Shown piece by piece: positions 1-10,401 of a stretch of DNA of 64,000 bases. The stretch is from positions 108 through 64,107 of the forward strand of contig CAYSLJ010000014.1 of the NCBI GenBank assembly GCA_964431735.1. Reading direction: 5' to 3'. The notes beneath the pieces are model-generated. The model was not told the DNA's origin, made no database searches, and saw only the letters and a program-made list of their open reading frames with translations. Each line of letters opens with the position of its first letter. Positions within the stretch are counted from its first letter, which is position 1. Position numbers and translations under genes: made by a program. This stretch comes from an uncultured Synergistia bacterium (GTDB lineage: Bacteria > Vulcanimicrobiota > SpSt-956 > JAKJGF01).

Positions 1-173
1 CCGGGCTCTGGAGGAAAAGATATGCCGTATTAAAAGAGAGTTATAAATTATATAGATGCAAAATATTAAACGTCTAAAAAACCAGTTTGTCACGCAACAG
101 GATCATATCTTTTCCGGAAGAGTCCGGTCAGGGACAGGTTTTAAAAATGGGTATAAACTTATCTGGAGCGGTA
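1..173. mobile_element. Family C dispersed repeat (MITE-like), truncated by the window edge
   Basis: Terminus ...CTTATCTGGAGCGGTA recurs at 15309-15369 (same strand) and 27942-28055 (reverse). Internal imperfect inverted repeat GGCTCTGGAGGAAAAGATAT / ATATCTTTTCCGGAAGAGTCC. Confidence 0.7.
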
Positions 174-186
174 CTCAGTAAATAAT

Positions 187-1476
187 TTATATGGAAAGAT
201 ATTTTTTATATTCTCTCCCTGTAACCAGAGTTCTGTGTTCTTCCCATTCTGTTAATTTTAAATACATATAATGTTCAAAAATCTCTTCTCCCAGGGATTT
301 TCGCATAAAATCACTTTGTTCTGCTTCTACGAGTGCTTCAAACATACTTTTGGGAAGAAAATGCCTATCAATTACTTTAATAGATTTGTTTTTTCTATAG
401 GTGCTACCTGTATCAGGCTTCCCGCAGTCGAGTTTTTCTCTGATACCCTGTAAACCCATTTCTATAAAAGTTGCTATCTGGAGATATACATTCCCTGCCG
501 GATCTGGATTTCTCAGTTCTATTCTCATATTATCAGGTCTGCTGAAATAAGGAACTCTTATCATGGAACTTCTGTTTTTTATACCCCATCCTATAGTAAT
601 CGGAGCTTCTTTTTCAACAATATAAGCCTTGTAAGAGTTATAGATTGAAGCCATAATGATAGATGTTTCCCTTGCATATTTCATTATTCCTCCTATAAAC
701 TGTCTTGCCACTTCACTGAGATTATATGGTGCATCGGCACTATAAAACATGTTTTCTCCATCTATATTCTGCATGGATAGATGTATATGAAAAGCACTTC
801 TGTTCTGTTCGTCAAAAGGTTTTGGCATAAAGGTCGCATGGTAGCCATGTTCCTTTGCAATTTTTCTGGTTATATAACTGAATAACAGTGTCCTGTCTGC
901 AGCTTTTAAGGGTTTTTCCGGGCAGAGATTGATTTCATGCTGTGAAGGTGTTACTTCATGATGGGCTTTTTCAAATTTAACACCGCAACCGGTTAATACA
1001 TTGACAATATTTTTTCTTACATCACTGCCTTTATCAGACGGATCTGCATTAAAATAACCGACCCTGTCTGTATAAATATTTCCATTAAAATCTTCACTGT
1101 TAAATAAAAAGAATTCATATTCGGGGCCTACAAGAAAGGTAAATCCGAATTCTGATTTACCTTTCTTAATAACCTTTTCAAGTACATATCTCGGATCGGA
1201 TTTCGCTCTGGAACCGTTCTTATTGTAGATTTTTCCTATAAAGAAACCTACTTTTTCATTTTTTAATTTTATGATTTTAAAGCTGCTTTTGACGGGACAT
1301 ATTAAACGATCACTATCATCAACTCTGCTTATACCGGCAATAGAACTGCCATCAAAACCAATTCCGTTTTTAATATATTCTTCTATGTTCTCAGGATTTA
1401 CCTGTAATGTCATGAGCCTTCCGTTAAGGTCTGTTATAAATATCTGTACACAGTCTACTTTTTTGAGTTTTTTCAT
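187..1476 (-). CDS. Glutamine synthetase type I family protein with altered substrate pocket (candidate beta-glutamine synthetase)
   Basis: Motifs FDGSSI, GPEYEFFLF, HHEVTPSQHEI, ATFMPKP, NRSSMIRVP, RIELRNPDP. Canonical NGSGMH reads NRSAFH and NSYKRL reads NSYKAY. Confidence 0.9.
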   Translation of the reverse strand: MKKLKKVDCVQIFITDLNGRLMTLQVNPENIEEYIKNGIGFDGSSIAGISRVDDSDRLICPVKSSFKIIKLKNEKVGFFIGKIYNKNGSRAKSDPRYVLEKVIKKGKSEFGFTFLVGPEYEFFLFNSEDFNGNIYTDRVGYFNADPSDKGSDVRKNIVNVLTGCGVKFEKAHHEVTPSQHEINLCPEKPLKAADRTLLFSYITRKIAKEHGYHATFMPKPFDEQNRSAFHIHLSMQNIDGENMFYSADAPYNLSEVARQFIGGIMKYARETSIIMASIYNSYKAYIVEKEAPITIGWGIKNRSSMIRVPYFSRPDNMRIELRNPDPAGNVYLQIATFIEMGLQGIREKLDCGKPDTGSTYRKNKSIKVIDRHFLPKSMFEALVEAEQSDFMRKSLGEEIFEHYMYLKLTEWEEHRTLVTGREYKKYLSI

Positions 1477-1510
1477 TCTTTACAGGTCTTTCTTTTTTTG
1501 TTTTTTTAGA

Positions 1511-1563
1511 AATTGTTTCTATTGAAACAATTTATTATACAATTTTTTCTGTCTATCTGTCAA
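1511..1563 (-). promoter_or_regulatory. Sigma70-type promoter of the GS gene with downstream operator-like palindrome
   Basis: Minus strand TTGACA(1563-1558)-18 nt-TATAAT(1539-1534). AATTGTTTC-N4-GAAACAATT at 1511-1532. Confidence 0.75.
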
Positions 1564-1628
1564 ACCATTTTTTACGGCATGCAGGTTCACCTTTTGCCCT
1601 GACTGTCATGGTCGGTTCAGTCCTGTAT

Positions 1629-1667
1629 TACTGACCTGAGCACAGGCATGTAATAAACGTTTCGGTA
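1629..1667. mobile_element. Family A MITE, internally deleted copy
   Basis: TA-CTGACCTGAGCACAGGCATGTAATAAACGTTTCGG-TA matches the two ends of the full copy at 28206-28297. Confidence 0.65.
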
Positions 1668-1671
1668 ATTC

Positions 1672-3075
1672 CTATTTTTTTGCTACTATAGCAGTAACTC
1701 GCCTTTTTGCTTTTTTTATTCTTATTTTGATTATTCTTATAAATCTTATAAGATAACTGTTTACCTCTGGCTGAAGAATTACGTCTGTCTTTCTTATTTC
1801 CCTGCCCAGATCTATCTTTAAAGAATGAGACTTCTGTATGGCAAGTATTTGATATGGATATACGCTCCTGTGGCCTGTCATAACAAAACTTATTACACAG
1901 ACTATTGCAGCATAATTGGCTATATTGGAACCGAATATTTCCATTGCCATAATACTTGCAGCAATCGGTGTGTTGGCAGCACCTGCAAGTAATGCTACAA
2001 AACCTATGGCAGAAAAGCTCGCTACATTAAGACCCATGATTTGTGCAAATAAATTTCCCGATGCAGATCCTATAAAAAATATTGGTGTTACAATACCTCC
2101 GCTTCCTCCGAAATTCAGGGTAATACTTGTGAAAAGTATTTTTGCCATAAAGGCATACCATACGACCTCCTGGCCTGAAAGACACTTTTCTATTGTATCC
2201 AGTCCGAGCCCGAGATAATCTTTTGAAAATATAAATGTTAATATAATAAGGAAAAAACCTCCTGTTATACCTTTTACAGGAAATTTTGTTTTTATATTAT
2301 TACTTATATGTTTGCATATATGAAGTATTTCTATGAATATAAAAGCACATAGGCCGAAAAAAATACCGGCCAGAACTATTTTTATAAAAAATAGCCCTTC
2401 GAATTTATGCATTAAGTTTATATTATGGTGAAAATATTGAACCCCCATATAGGATGATACCTGATATGAAGTAAGACCTGCTATGAATGAAGGAAGTAGA
2501 ACGTCATACAACATACTTCCTGCTGCCAGAACTTCTATACCGAAAATAGCCCCTGACACAGGTGTTCCGAATACAGAAGCAAAACCTGCACTGATACCGC
2601 ATATAACCAGTTTTTTCCTGTCATAATCATTCAGCCTTAACAGGCCTGCCAGGATTGAAGAAAGGCCTGCTCCTATCTGTGCACATGGCCCTTCTTTCCC
2701 TGCCGAACCACCTGTGGCTATTGTAATGATAGTGCTCACCAGTTTTACCGGTACAACCATTGGATTTATCTTACCGCTATCTTTATGAACTGCTTTTATT
2801 ACTTTTTCCGTACCATGTCCTTCTGCATCGGGGGCAAGATACTTTATTACTGCTTCACATAAAAAGAAAGACAGTGGCATTAATAGAAAATAATAGGGAA
2901 ATTTACCGGTACAATTAATCCCCATATTTAACAGATTTAAGAATATTGCTGTAGCCAGGCCTATAATTGCACCGCTTAGTGCGGCCAGTATAAACCATTT
3001 TATAATGCTTACGAAAATAACAGATTCTTCTGTTATTTCCTTTTTTATTACATTATATTCATTCTGTAATTCCAT
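1672..3075 (-). CDS. ClC-family chloride channel/antiporter
   Basis: GHGTE, GGSAGKEGP and GGIVTP signature segments; many TM helices. Confidence 0.9.
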   Translation of the reverse strand: MELQNEYNVIKKEITEESVIFVSIIKWFILAALSGAIIGLATAIFLNLLNMGINCTGKFPYYFLLMPLSFFLCEAVIKYLAPDAEGHGTEKVIKAVHKDSGKINPMVVPVKLVSTIITIATGGSAGKEGPCAQIGAGLSSILAGLLRLNDYDRKKLVICGISAGFASVFGTPVSGAIFGIEVLAAGSMLYDVLLPSFIAGLTSYQVSSYMGVQYFHHNINLMHKFEGLFFIKIVLAGIFFGLCAFIFIEILHICKHISNNIKTKFPVKGITGGFFLIILTFIFSKDYLGLGLDTIEKCLSGQEVVWYAFMAKILFTSITLNFGGSGGIVTPIFFIGSASGNLFAQIMGLNVASFSAIGFVALLAGAANTPIAASIMAMEIFGSNIANYAAIVCVISFVMTGHRSVYPYQILAIQKSHSLKIDLGREIRKTDVILQPEVNSYLIRFIRIIKIRIKKAKRRVTAIVAKK

Positions 3076-3266
3076 AGATTTATTGTTCTCATCTCCATTT
3101 TTTATATATATCTACCTATACTTTTGCACTTTTTCATAATTTACCTGTTTTTACTGACTTTATAGTTAAATAGGTTCCGCGTTTTAATCTTCCTGTCCCA
3201 AAACCTGACACCGGAAAATTGAATTAGATTATTTTTTTACAGTTTGTAAAATTTGCAAAAGTATAG

Positions 3267-5198
3267 TTAATAATAAAACCATATTGTTCTGTATTCTCTG
3301 ATATTTTCACCTCTTGCTGCAAGTTCTTCAAGATAATCGTATATCGGTACATCTACATAATTATAAGGAGGCACAGGTTTTATGTTTTTTTCCCATGGAT
3401 GAAATTCATAGACTCTGCTCCCATCGGGTAAAATCATAACTACTCTGTGATCCTGCCAGGCTCTTAAATGGTTTTTACCAAGTTTCGGTACATTAAACAC
3501 CGGTTCGTCTGTCCTGTCAAGTCCAGGAAGTAGTCTTGCTTCTTCTTTTCTTTCCTGAAGAATTCGTGCTATGGGAACCATATACTTCCTTGTTTCTTCC
3601 TTGCCTTTCATGTTAAATGTATAATATGGATCAATTCCTGTTAATTTCAGGTCTGTCCGTAGTTTTGCCGTTTCAAAACGACGGGAATTTTCAATGGTAA
3701 AAACCTCCTGATTATAAACAGATATACCGGTTTTCCTTATTTTCTGAACAGCTTTCATTGCTTCAGGTGTTATTTCGTAGGAATGTTCAAAATGTGTGAC
3801 TATGGCAATCTCCCTCCGTCCAGGTTCATGGAAGGAAGATAAGATGTTTATCAGATCATCTGTCCATCTCATTGGAAGTACAACAGGTGTTCTTGTGCCG
3901 AGACGAATTCTGCGTATATGCTCTTTTTTTGCCAGTATTTCGAGTATAATCTTTAAATCTTTATCATTCATTATACATGGGTCACCGCCTGTAATTAAAA
4001 CATCTCCTACAGTTCTGTGGGAATCAAACCATTTCAGTGATTTTTCAAGAGTTTCTTTCTGCGCCATGGCATCGGGGGCAAGAACTTCGTCTATTTCCCA
4101 GTTTCTCTGGCAGTAGACACAGATCTGTGCACATGTATTGAAAGGTTTTAATATAGCAATTCCAGGGTATCTTCTTGTAATAAGTTCTTCAGGAGATGTA
4201 TCATGTTCTCCCATAAAATCAAATATACAACCTCTTTTTGCCCTGTTTTCTACCATCATGTCAATATAATCGGGAGGCGGAATTACCTGTGCACGAATGG
4301 CATGATCATAACCTATGGATAATTGCCTGTCCATTAAACTCAGGTAATAAGGTGTGATACCGAAAGGTATTCTGTTTTCAGAAGCTTTTTTTATTGCTTC
4401 TTTGTGTTCTGCAGTAAGCTCAATAAGATCCAGTAACGGTTTGTATGTTTTTATTACATTTTTTAAATGCCATCTGTAATCATTCCAGTCTTCCTGATGA
4501 CTGCCGAAGTACCGGATAATTCTGTTTTTATTTTCCTGTCTCCAGTTTATTACGTCTCTGTCCAGACCTGAAGGATATTTTTTAAAGTATTTCTCCATTG
4601 TCGACCCCAGTTCGTCGAGTATTTCCGTTCTTGCTTCTGCAGCACGACGTCCTTCAAGCTGAAGAAAATCAGGTATACCTTTTTTGGCTTCAGAAGATTC
4701 AAAATATATGTTTGATTTGCCTGCAACCCCGCGGAAAAGATTTATAAATTCTATTAAAAAACCTGCAGAAATCTGCAGGTCTTCTCCTTTGCCTGTTGAT
4801 AGTTTCCAAAGGCAGTCAAGAGCAGATACTCCTGTGCGATATTCATTGACAGGTCCTATAATACTTTTAAATACCCTTATACACTCTCTTACAGTTGCTT
4901 TTTCCAGAATATGTAAATCGTTGTCTGTTTCAAATATTTTACGTTCTGCTTTTTCCAGATATGTATATACTTTATCTCTCGCTTTTTCCAGATTTTCCGA
5001 ATCTTTAAGAATAGTGTAAATTTCAGGATTTGCCTCCCACAGACGTTTCATATAAGCATCATAATTGACCTCAAATTTTGGTTTTACCATTTCAATTTCA
5101 TCTGTAAATACATCATCAATGGTTTTGGTTCTGACTACCTTTCTCTGTGCTGAATTCTTTGATAATTCCGGCTTTTTCTCTTCTTTTACATTTTTCAT
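3267..5198 (-). CDS. Long KamA-family radical SAM/PLP aminomutase, paralog 2 (candidate glutamate 2,3-aminomutase)
   Basis: CAQICVYCQR radical SAM motif, ITPYY, LITGGDP, RLGTRTPVVLPMR, putative PLP lysine in FNVPKLGK; about 200 aa N-terminal extension. Confidence 0.88.
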   Translation of the reverse strand: MKNVKEEKKPELSKNSAQRKVVRTKTIDDVFTDEIEMVKPKFEVNYDAYMKRLWEANPEIYTILKDSENLEKARDKVYTYLEKAERKIFETDNDLHILEKATVRECIRVFKSIIGPVNEYRTGVSALDCLWKLSTGKGEDLQISAGFLIEFINLFRGVAGKSNIYFESSEAKKGIPDFLQLEGRRAAEARTEILDELGSTMEKYFKKYPSGLDRDVINWRQENKNRIIRYFGSHQEDWNDYRWHLKNVIKTYKPLLDLIELTAEHKEAIKKASENRIPFGITPYYLSLMDRQLSIGYDHAIRAQVIPPPDYIDMMVENRAKRGCIFDFMGEHDTSPEELITRRYPGIAILKPFNTCAQICVYCQRNWEIDEVLAPDAMAQKETLEKSLKWFDSHRTVGDVLITGGDPCIMNDKDLKIILEILAKKEHIRRIRLGTRTPVVLPMRWTDDLINILSSFHEPGRREIAIVTHFEHSYEITPEAMKAVQKIRKTGISVYNQEVFTIENSRRFETAKLRTDLKLTGIDPYYTFNMKGKEETRKYMVPIARILQERKEEARLLPGLDRTDEPVFNVPKLGKNHLRAWQDHRVVMILPDGSRVYEFHPWEKNIKPVPPYNYVDVPIYDYLEELAARGENIREYRTIWFYY

Positions 5199-5378
5199 TC
5201 CTGTAGCCCCCTTTCCCTCTCTATTCAGAACGATTGAACCAGTTCTGCATTGTTAAAATAGAATTTCAGACATTTTAAGGCTATAGCTGTAACAGTTCCT
5301 ATGATTATACCTCCTGATACTGAAAGGAGAAGCAGTCTTAATACATAAGTAAACATTGTTTCGTTAACCTCTTTTTTA

Positions 5379-8300
5379 TTATGCATAGCCATATTTTTTT
5401 ATCACCTCCATAAATGATTTAAATTCATAGGGTTTCTGAAGAAAATCTCTGATTCCATCATTGCCGAACTGTCTGTATACTTCTTCTTTACTGTATCCGC
5501 TTGAAATAATGACCTTTACGTCACTCCTGATTTTACAGAGTTCATCATATGTCTCTTTTCCGCTGAGATCAGGCATGGTCATATCCAGAATAACTGCACA
5601 TATGTCCTGACCTTTTAATTTGAATATTTCAATTCCTTCTTTACCGTTTGAAGCAGTCAATACATCAAAACCGGATTTCCTGAGAAAGGATTCCGCTACG
5701 GTGCGAATACTTTTTTCATCATCTACTATAAGGAATGTACCTGTTCCTCTGAAGGTTTCAAAAGGTTTTTTTTCGGTTCTTACAGTTATTTCTTTTCTTT
5801 TTAAAGCCGGAAACAGAACTGTCATATTAGTTCCTTCTCCCGGTGAAGTAGAGACTCTGATAGCGCCTTTATGGCCCCGGATAATACCCAGAACTGCAGC
5901 AAGGCCCAGTCCTCTACCGAGAAATTTTGTTGTGAAAAAAGGATCGAAGATCTTATCTTTTACTTCTTCTGTCATACCGCATCCTGTATCTGATATTTCC
6001 AGAAATACATAAAGTCCTTCAGATATTTTCTCTTTGAGATAAGTGGCGGCAATATAATATCTGTCACAATCTTTTATACCTGTTCTTATATTTATATTAC
6101 CCTGATTTTCTCCTATTGCTTCAGAGGCATTTATGACAAAATTCATAATAATCTGTTCTATCTGTGTTCTGTCACATTCTATCAGCGGCAGTTCTTCAGA
6201 AAGATTGTATAAAATATTACATTTTTTTGAGACAGAAATTTTAATGAATTTTTCCATCTTTCTGATAAGTTCATTAAGATTTATTTTATCCCTTACAATA
6301 GAGCCTCTCCCGGTATAGTTCAGTATCTGTCTTGTAATATTTGCGGCATGGTTTATGGAATTTATTATTTCATCAATATTTCCTTTCAGAGGTGAATCTT
6401 CCGGAATATCCATCATGGTAAGTTCTGCATAACCAAGCATTCCTGCCAGTATATTGTTAAAATCATGGGCAATTCCGCCTGCCATTATACCAAGGCTTTC
6501 CATTTTTTGTGATTGCCATAGATGTTCTTCTATTTGTCTTTTCTCTTCTATTGAACGCCTTCTTTCAAATACATTTACAAAAATTTCTCCTAAAAGTCTC
6601 AGAAGTCTCACATCTTCTTTTCTCCATACTCTTTCTGCATTTTCTGAATTAAATACAAGCGAGCCTATAAGTGATTTTTCTATGACCATGGGAATGGCCA
6701 GTTCTGTTTTGTAGGAAAATTCTTCCCACTTTATTGTTTTTCCGTCAAGTTTCATCTGAAAATCTGTAATGAATTCCCTGGGATTTAAATCGGAATGAGG
6801 AACAAAGTCACCGTCACACCACCTGTAGTGTTTTTCTATATCTTTTAAATCCTTTGAAAATATATTGATATAACAGAATTTAACTCCCAGAAACTTCCCC
6901 GTTGTTTCAAGGGCAAAATTTATTTCACTGTCTATTTCATCTGCTGTAATATTTATAAATTTACTTGAAATATCTGTAATAAGTTCTTCTACTGAAAGCC
7001 TGTACAGAAGTTCTTCCTGAGATTTTTTTGTATCTGTAATATCCATGACAACAGAGAATATTCCCGAATAATTTTCTTTTTCATCTAATATGGAGGAATT
7101 TGAGAAAACAGTATAAATTTCTTTTCCGTCTTTTCTTTTAAGTATTATTTCAAAATGTTCTGACCACATTTTTTCATGTACTTCAAATTTTTCTCTCACC
7201 TTTTTTGCCGTTTCTTCCCTGACATAATCCAGAATATTTGTTCCCGTAATTTCCTCTCTTCTGTATCCTGTTATATTACAAAAAGCCTGATTGGCAAATG
7301 TTATTATCCCATCTATGTTTATGGCGAGAATCCCTTCATTTAGTTTCTCTACAAGTTTTCTGTATTTTTCCTCACTCATTCTGAGGGCCTGGCGGGATGT
7401 TTCTTTTTCTTCCTCTCTTTTTTCCAGTGCTTCTGCCATTTTGTCAAAAGATCTGGCAAGCTGTCCTACTTCATCTGTCGTATGTGGAACATCTGTTCTG
7501 GTTTTCATATTTCCAAGGCCGATTTTTAAAGAAGCGCTTAAAAGTTTTTTCAATCTGTTGATTATAATGATATTACCCAGAAACCATCCAGCAGAAATTG
7601 TAATAAGAAGGGAAGATAAAAGGAGCAATATATTTCTTACCATTATATAGTTTACTTCCGATAATGCCCTGTATGACGGTATGCCTGCCCTTATAAACAG
7701 ATAAGGTTTTTCTCTGAGTGTTAATTTTTTAAAGGCATACAGTCTCTGGATACCGTCAAGACCTTTCCCTGTAAAGGTGCCTTCTTCAGGCTGTCCCGTC
7801 ATGGCAGATATCATGCCGGGCAGGTCATATTCTCCTTCGTAATTCATAGAAGAAGGATAATATTTGAGGATTCTTCCCTGTGAATCACAGAATATAAGGT
7901 TTGACCCTTCAGGTAATTCAGCCTGAAGAAAGGCCTGGCCATATAATTCAAGGTTGAAAAAGGCTATGATTACTCCCTTTATATGTCCCTGCCTGTCTGT
8001 TACAGTACATGCAAAAGGAAGAACAGCTTTTTTGTATATATGTTTTTCTGTATATTCTCCTGCAACAAGCCTGTTCTCTTTTATTGCATCCTGAAAAAAT
8101 GATTCGCCGGCCAGAGAAGTTTTTTTACCTGAATCTGTAGAGAAAAGGATATTTCCATGTTTATCTGTAATAATAATACCGGCACAGAAAGGATTTTCTT
8201 TCATAATTTCTTCCAGAAATCGCCGGTGTTCTGAAGTTTTTTCTGTTATATCCAGTTCGGATAATATTGTAATTAACTGATGAATACTTTTAGATGCCTG

Positions 8301-8477
8301 TTCTTCCTGTATCGCTATATTTCTTACCAGCTGGAGAGTGCTGTAATTTGCATTTTTTAATGCAATATGTCTCCTTTCCATACCTGTGTATATCATTATG
8401 GCAAATACAGGCACTACAGATAAAAGGATCAGGAATATTAAATTAATTCTCATGGATAAAGTAAAAATTTTTTTCAT
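5379..8477 (-). CDS. Hybrid sensor histidine kinase (TM-Cache-TM-HAMP-PAS-GAF-HisKA-HATPase-REC)
   Basis: GGIAHDFNN H-box, NFVINASEA, DTGCGM, FFTTKFLGRGLGL; C-terminal receiver IVDDE..ILDMTMP..QKPY. Confidence 0.93.
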   Translation of the reverse strand: MKKIFTLSMRINLIFLILLSVVPVFAIMIYTGMERRHIALKNANYSTLQLVRNIAIQEEQASKSIHQLITILSELDITEKTSEHRRFLEEIMKENPFCAGIIITDKHGNILFSTDSGKKTSLAGESFFQDAIKENRLVAGEYTEKHIYKKAVLPFACTVTDRQGHIKGVIIAFFNLELYGQAFLQAELPEGSNLIFCDSQGRILKYYPSSMNYEGEYDLPGMISAMTGQPEEGTFTGKGLDGIQRLYAFKKLTLREKPYLFIRAGIPSYRALSEVNYIMVRNILLLLSSLLITISAGWFLGNIIIINRLKKLLSASLKIGLGNMKTRTDVPHTTDEVGQLARSFDKMAEALEKREEEKETSRQALRMSEEKYRKLVEKLNEGILAINIDGIITFANQAFCNITGYRREEITGTNILDYVREETAKKVREKFEVHEKMWSEHFEIILKRKDGKEIYTVFSNSSILDEKENYSGIFSVVMDITDTKKSQEELLYRLSVEELITDISSKFINITADEIDSEINFALETTGKFLGVKFCYINIFSKDLKDIEKHYRWCDGDFVPHSDLNPREFITDFQMKLDGKTIKWEEFSYKTELAIPMVIEKSLIGSLVFNSENAERVWRKEDVRLLRLLGEIFVNVFERRRSIEEKRQIEEHLWQSQKMESLGIMAGGIAHDFNNILAGMLGYAELTMMDIPEDSPLKGNIDEIINSINHAANITRQILNYTGRGSIVRDKINLNELIRKMEKFIKISVSKKCNILYNLSEELPLIECDRTQIEQIIMNFVINASEAIGENQGNINIRTGIKDCDRYYIAATYLKEKISEGLYVFLEISDTGCGMTEEVKDKIFDPFFTTKFLGRGLGLAAVLGIIRGHKGAIRVSTSPGEGTNMTVLFPALKRKEITVRTEKKPFETFRGTGTFLIVDDEKSIRTVAESFLRKSGFDVLTASNGKEGIEIFKLKGQDICAVILDMTMPDLSGKETYDELCKIRSDVKVIISSGYSKEEVYRQFGNDGIRDFLQKPYEFKSFMEVIKKYGYA

Positions 8478-8481
8478 TTTT

Positions 8482-10386
8482 TCAGTAATAATACCAGATT
8501 GTTCTGTAATCTCCGATATCTTCTCCTCTCTTTAACAGTTCTTGAAGATAATCATATATCGGTACATCTGTATAATCATAGGCAGGTACGAGTGTAATAT
8601 TTTTCTCCCATGGATGAAACTGGTAAATTCTCGCACCATCGGGGAGTATCATGATGACATCATGATCCTGCCAGGCACGGAGATGATTTTTTCCCATTCT
8701 CGGTACATTGAAAACTGTTTCGTCAGTACGGGTCAGTCCCGGCAGTGTCCTTGCATCTTCTTTTCTTTCCTGAAGTATTCTTGCAACAGGAACCATATAA
8801 CTCCTTGTCTCTTTTTTCCCCTTCATATTGAAGTTATAATAGGGATCAACACCGGCTAGCCTGAGGTCATGCCTCAGTTTTGCACTTTCAAAACGACGGG
8901 AATTTCCCATGTTGAATACTGACTGATTATATACGCTTATACCTCTTAATTTTATTTTTCTTACTGCATCACATGCTTCGGGAGTAATCTCGGAAGAATG
9001 TACGAAATGAGTCATTACGGCGATTTCTCTCCTGCCCGGCATATGATATGTACCAATTATGTCGGCAAGGTTATCTGTCCATCTCTGTGGTAATACAACA
9101 GGTGTTCTCGTGCCGAAACGAATACGAAATATATGATCCATTGAAGAAAGCTGTTTCAGGAGATATTCTATCATGTCATCTTTCATAATCATAGGGTCAC
9201 CGCCTGTGATGAGAATCTCTCCCACACCTTTATGGTTTTTCAGCCAGTCCAGAGAAGAATTTATTGTTTTTTTAGAAGCCTGTGCATCAGGGGCCAGACA
9301 TTCGTCTATTTCCCAGTTCCTCTGGCAGTAAACACAGATTTGAGCACATGTATTATAAGGTTTTAATATGGCAATCATGGGATATCTTCTTGTAATCAGT
9401 TCAATCGGTGATGTATCCTGTTCTCCCATAAAATCAAAAGCACTTCTGTCCAGTTTACTGTCACACAGTGTATCTACATAATCAGGAGGAGGTATTACCT
9501 GGGCCCTTACTGCATGAGCATAAGGTTCTTTTTTGGAATATTCCATAAGGCTTAAATAGTAAGGAGTAATGCCAAAAGGTATTCTGTTTTTTCCGGCTTT
9601 TTTGATGGCTTTTGTCTGACTCTGCTTTAATTCCAGAAGAGCACTTATTGTATCGGCATTTTTTATTACATGTTTTAAATGCCATCTGTAATCAGACCAG
9701 TCTTCTTCAGAGCCGTTAAAATATTTCAGGATTCTCTCTTTATTTTTTGCTCTTCTTTTAATAACTTCTTTTTCCAGACCTGACGGATATCTCTTAAAAT
9801 ATTCGCCTATTGTTTCCGATACACTGTCCAGAATCTCTGTCCTTTTTAACGCTGCTTCCCTGCCTTTTAAGTAAACGAAATCAGGTATCTTTTTTCCGTC
9901 CAGCCGCTCTATATATACATCGGCTTTACCTGAAACTGCTTTGAATAGAGCTATGAATTCAAGTATAAACCCTGGCTCTATGTTTTCATAAGAATTTTCC
10001 GAAAGTTTCCACAGATATTTTAATGAACTTATACCTGTTCTTTTTTCATTTATCGGCGCAATAATATTTTTAAAAACCTTTATACTTTCTCTTACAAGAT
10101 CCCTTTCCAGAACCTTTTTTTTACAGTCCAGACCGTAAAGGTCTCTTTCGCTTTTTTCCAGATATGTATAAAGTTTATCCCTCAGTTCTTCAAGTTCTTT
10201 TGCTGTTCTGAAGATTTCTGTAATGTCTCTGTTTATATCCCATAAATATTGATTGTAGCAATCAGGCACAGCAATAGAATCAGGTTTTTCTATCTCCAGA
10301 ACATACTTTAACATGTCATTTACCGTTCTTGATGATAAAGAGTTTTTCCCCATAAATAATCTTCCTTTCCTAATATAGTTTTTCAT
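8482..10386 (-). CDS. Long KamA-family radical SAM/PLP aminomutase, paralog 1 (start may be ATG at 10353)
   Basis: CAQICVYCQR, LITGGDP, RFGTRTPVVLPQR, FNVPRMGK; collinear with 3267-5198. AAAGGAAG SD precedes 10353. Confidence 0.88.
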   Translation of the reverse strand: MKNYIRKGRLFMGKNSLSSRTVNDMLKYVLEIEKPDSIAVPDCYNQYLWDINRDITEIFRTAKELEELRDKLYTYLEKSERDLYGLDCKKKVLERDLVRESIKVFKNIIAPINEKRTGISSLKYLWKLSENSYENIEPGFILEFIALFKAVSGKADVYIERLDGKKIPDFVYLKGREAALKRTEILDSVSETIGEYFKRYPSGLEKEVIKRRAKNKERILKYFNGSEEDWSDYRWHLKHVIKNADTISALLELKQSQTKAIKKAGKNRIPFGITPYYLSLMEYSKKEPYAHAVRAQVIPPPDYVDTLCDSKLDRSAFDFMGEQDTSPIELITRRYPMIAILKPYNTCAQICVYCQRNWEIDECLAPDAQASKKTINSSLDWLKNHKGVGEILITGGDPMIMKDDMIEYLLKQLSSMDHIFRIRFGTRTPVVLPQRWTDNLADIIGTYHMPGRREIAVMTHFVHSSEITPEACDAVRKIKLRGISVYNQSVFNMGNSRRFESAKLRHDLRLAGVDPYYNFNMKGKKETRSYMVPVARILQERKEDARTLPGLTRTDETVFNVPRMGKNHLRAWQDHDVIMILPDGARIYQFHPWEKNITLVPAYDYTDVPIYDYLQELLKRGEDIGDYRTIWYYY

Positions 10387-10401
10387 TCTCTAAAAAATCT
10401 A

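Noticed and set aside
3267-10386. Annotation as EpmB or as AblA of N-acetyl-beta-lysine synthesis
   Set aside because: No efp, epmA or ablB neighbour, the proteins are much longer, and the lysine-binding aspartates appear absent.
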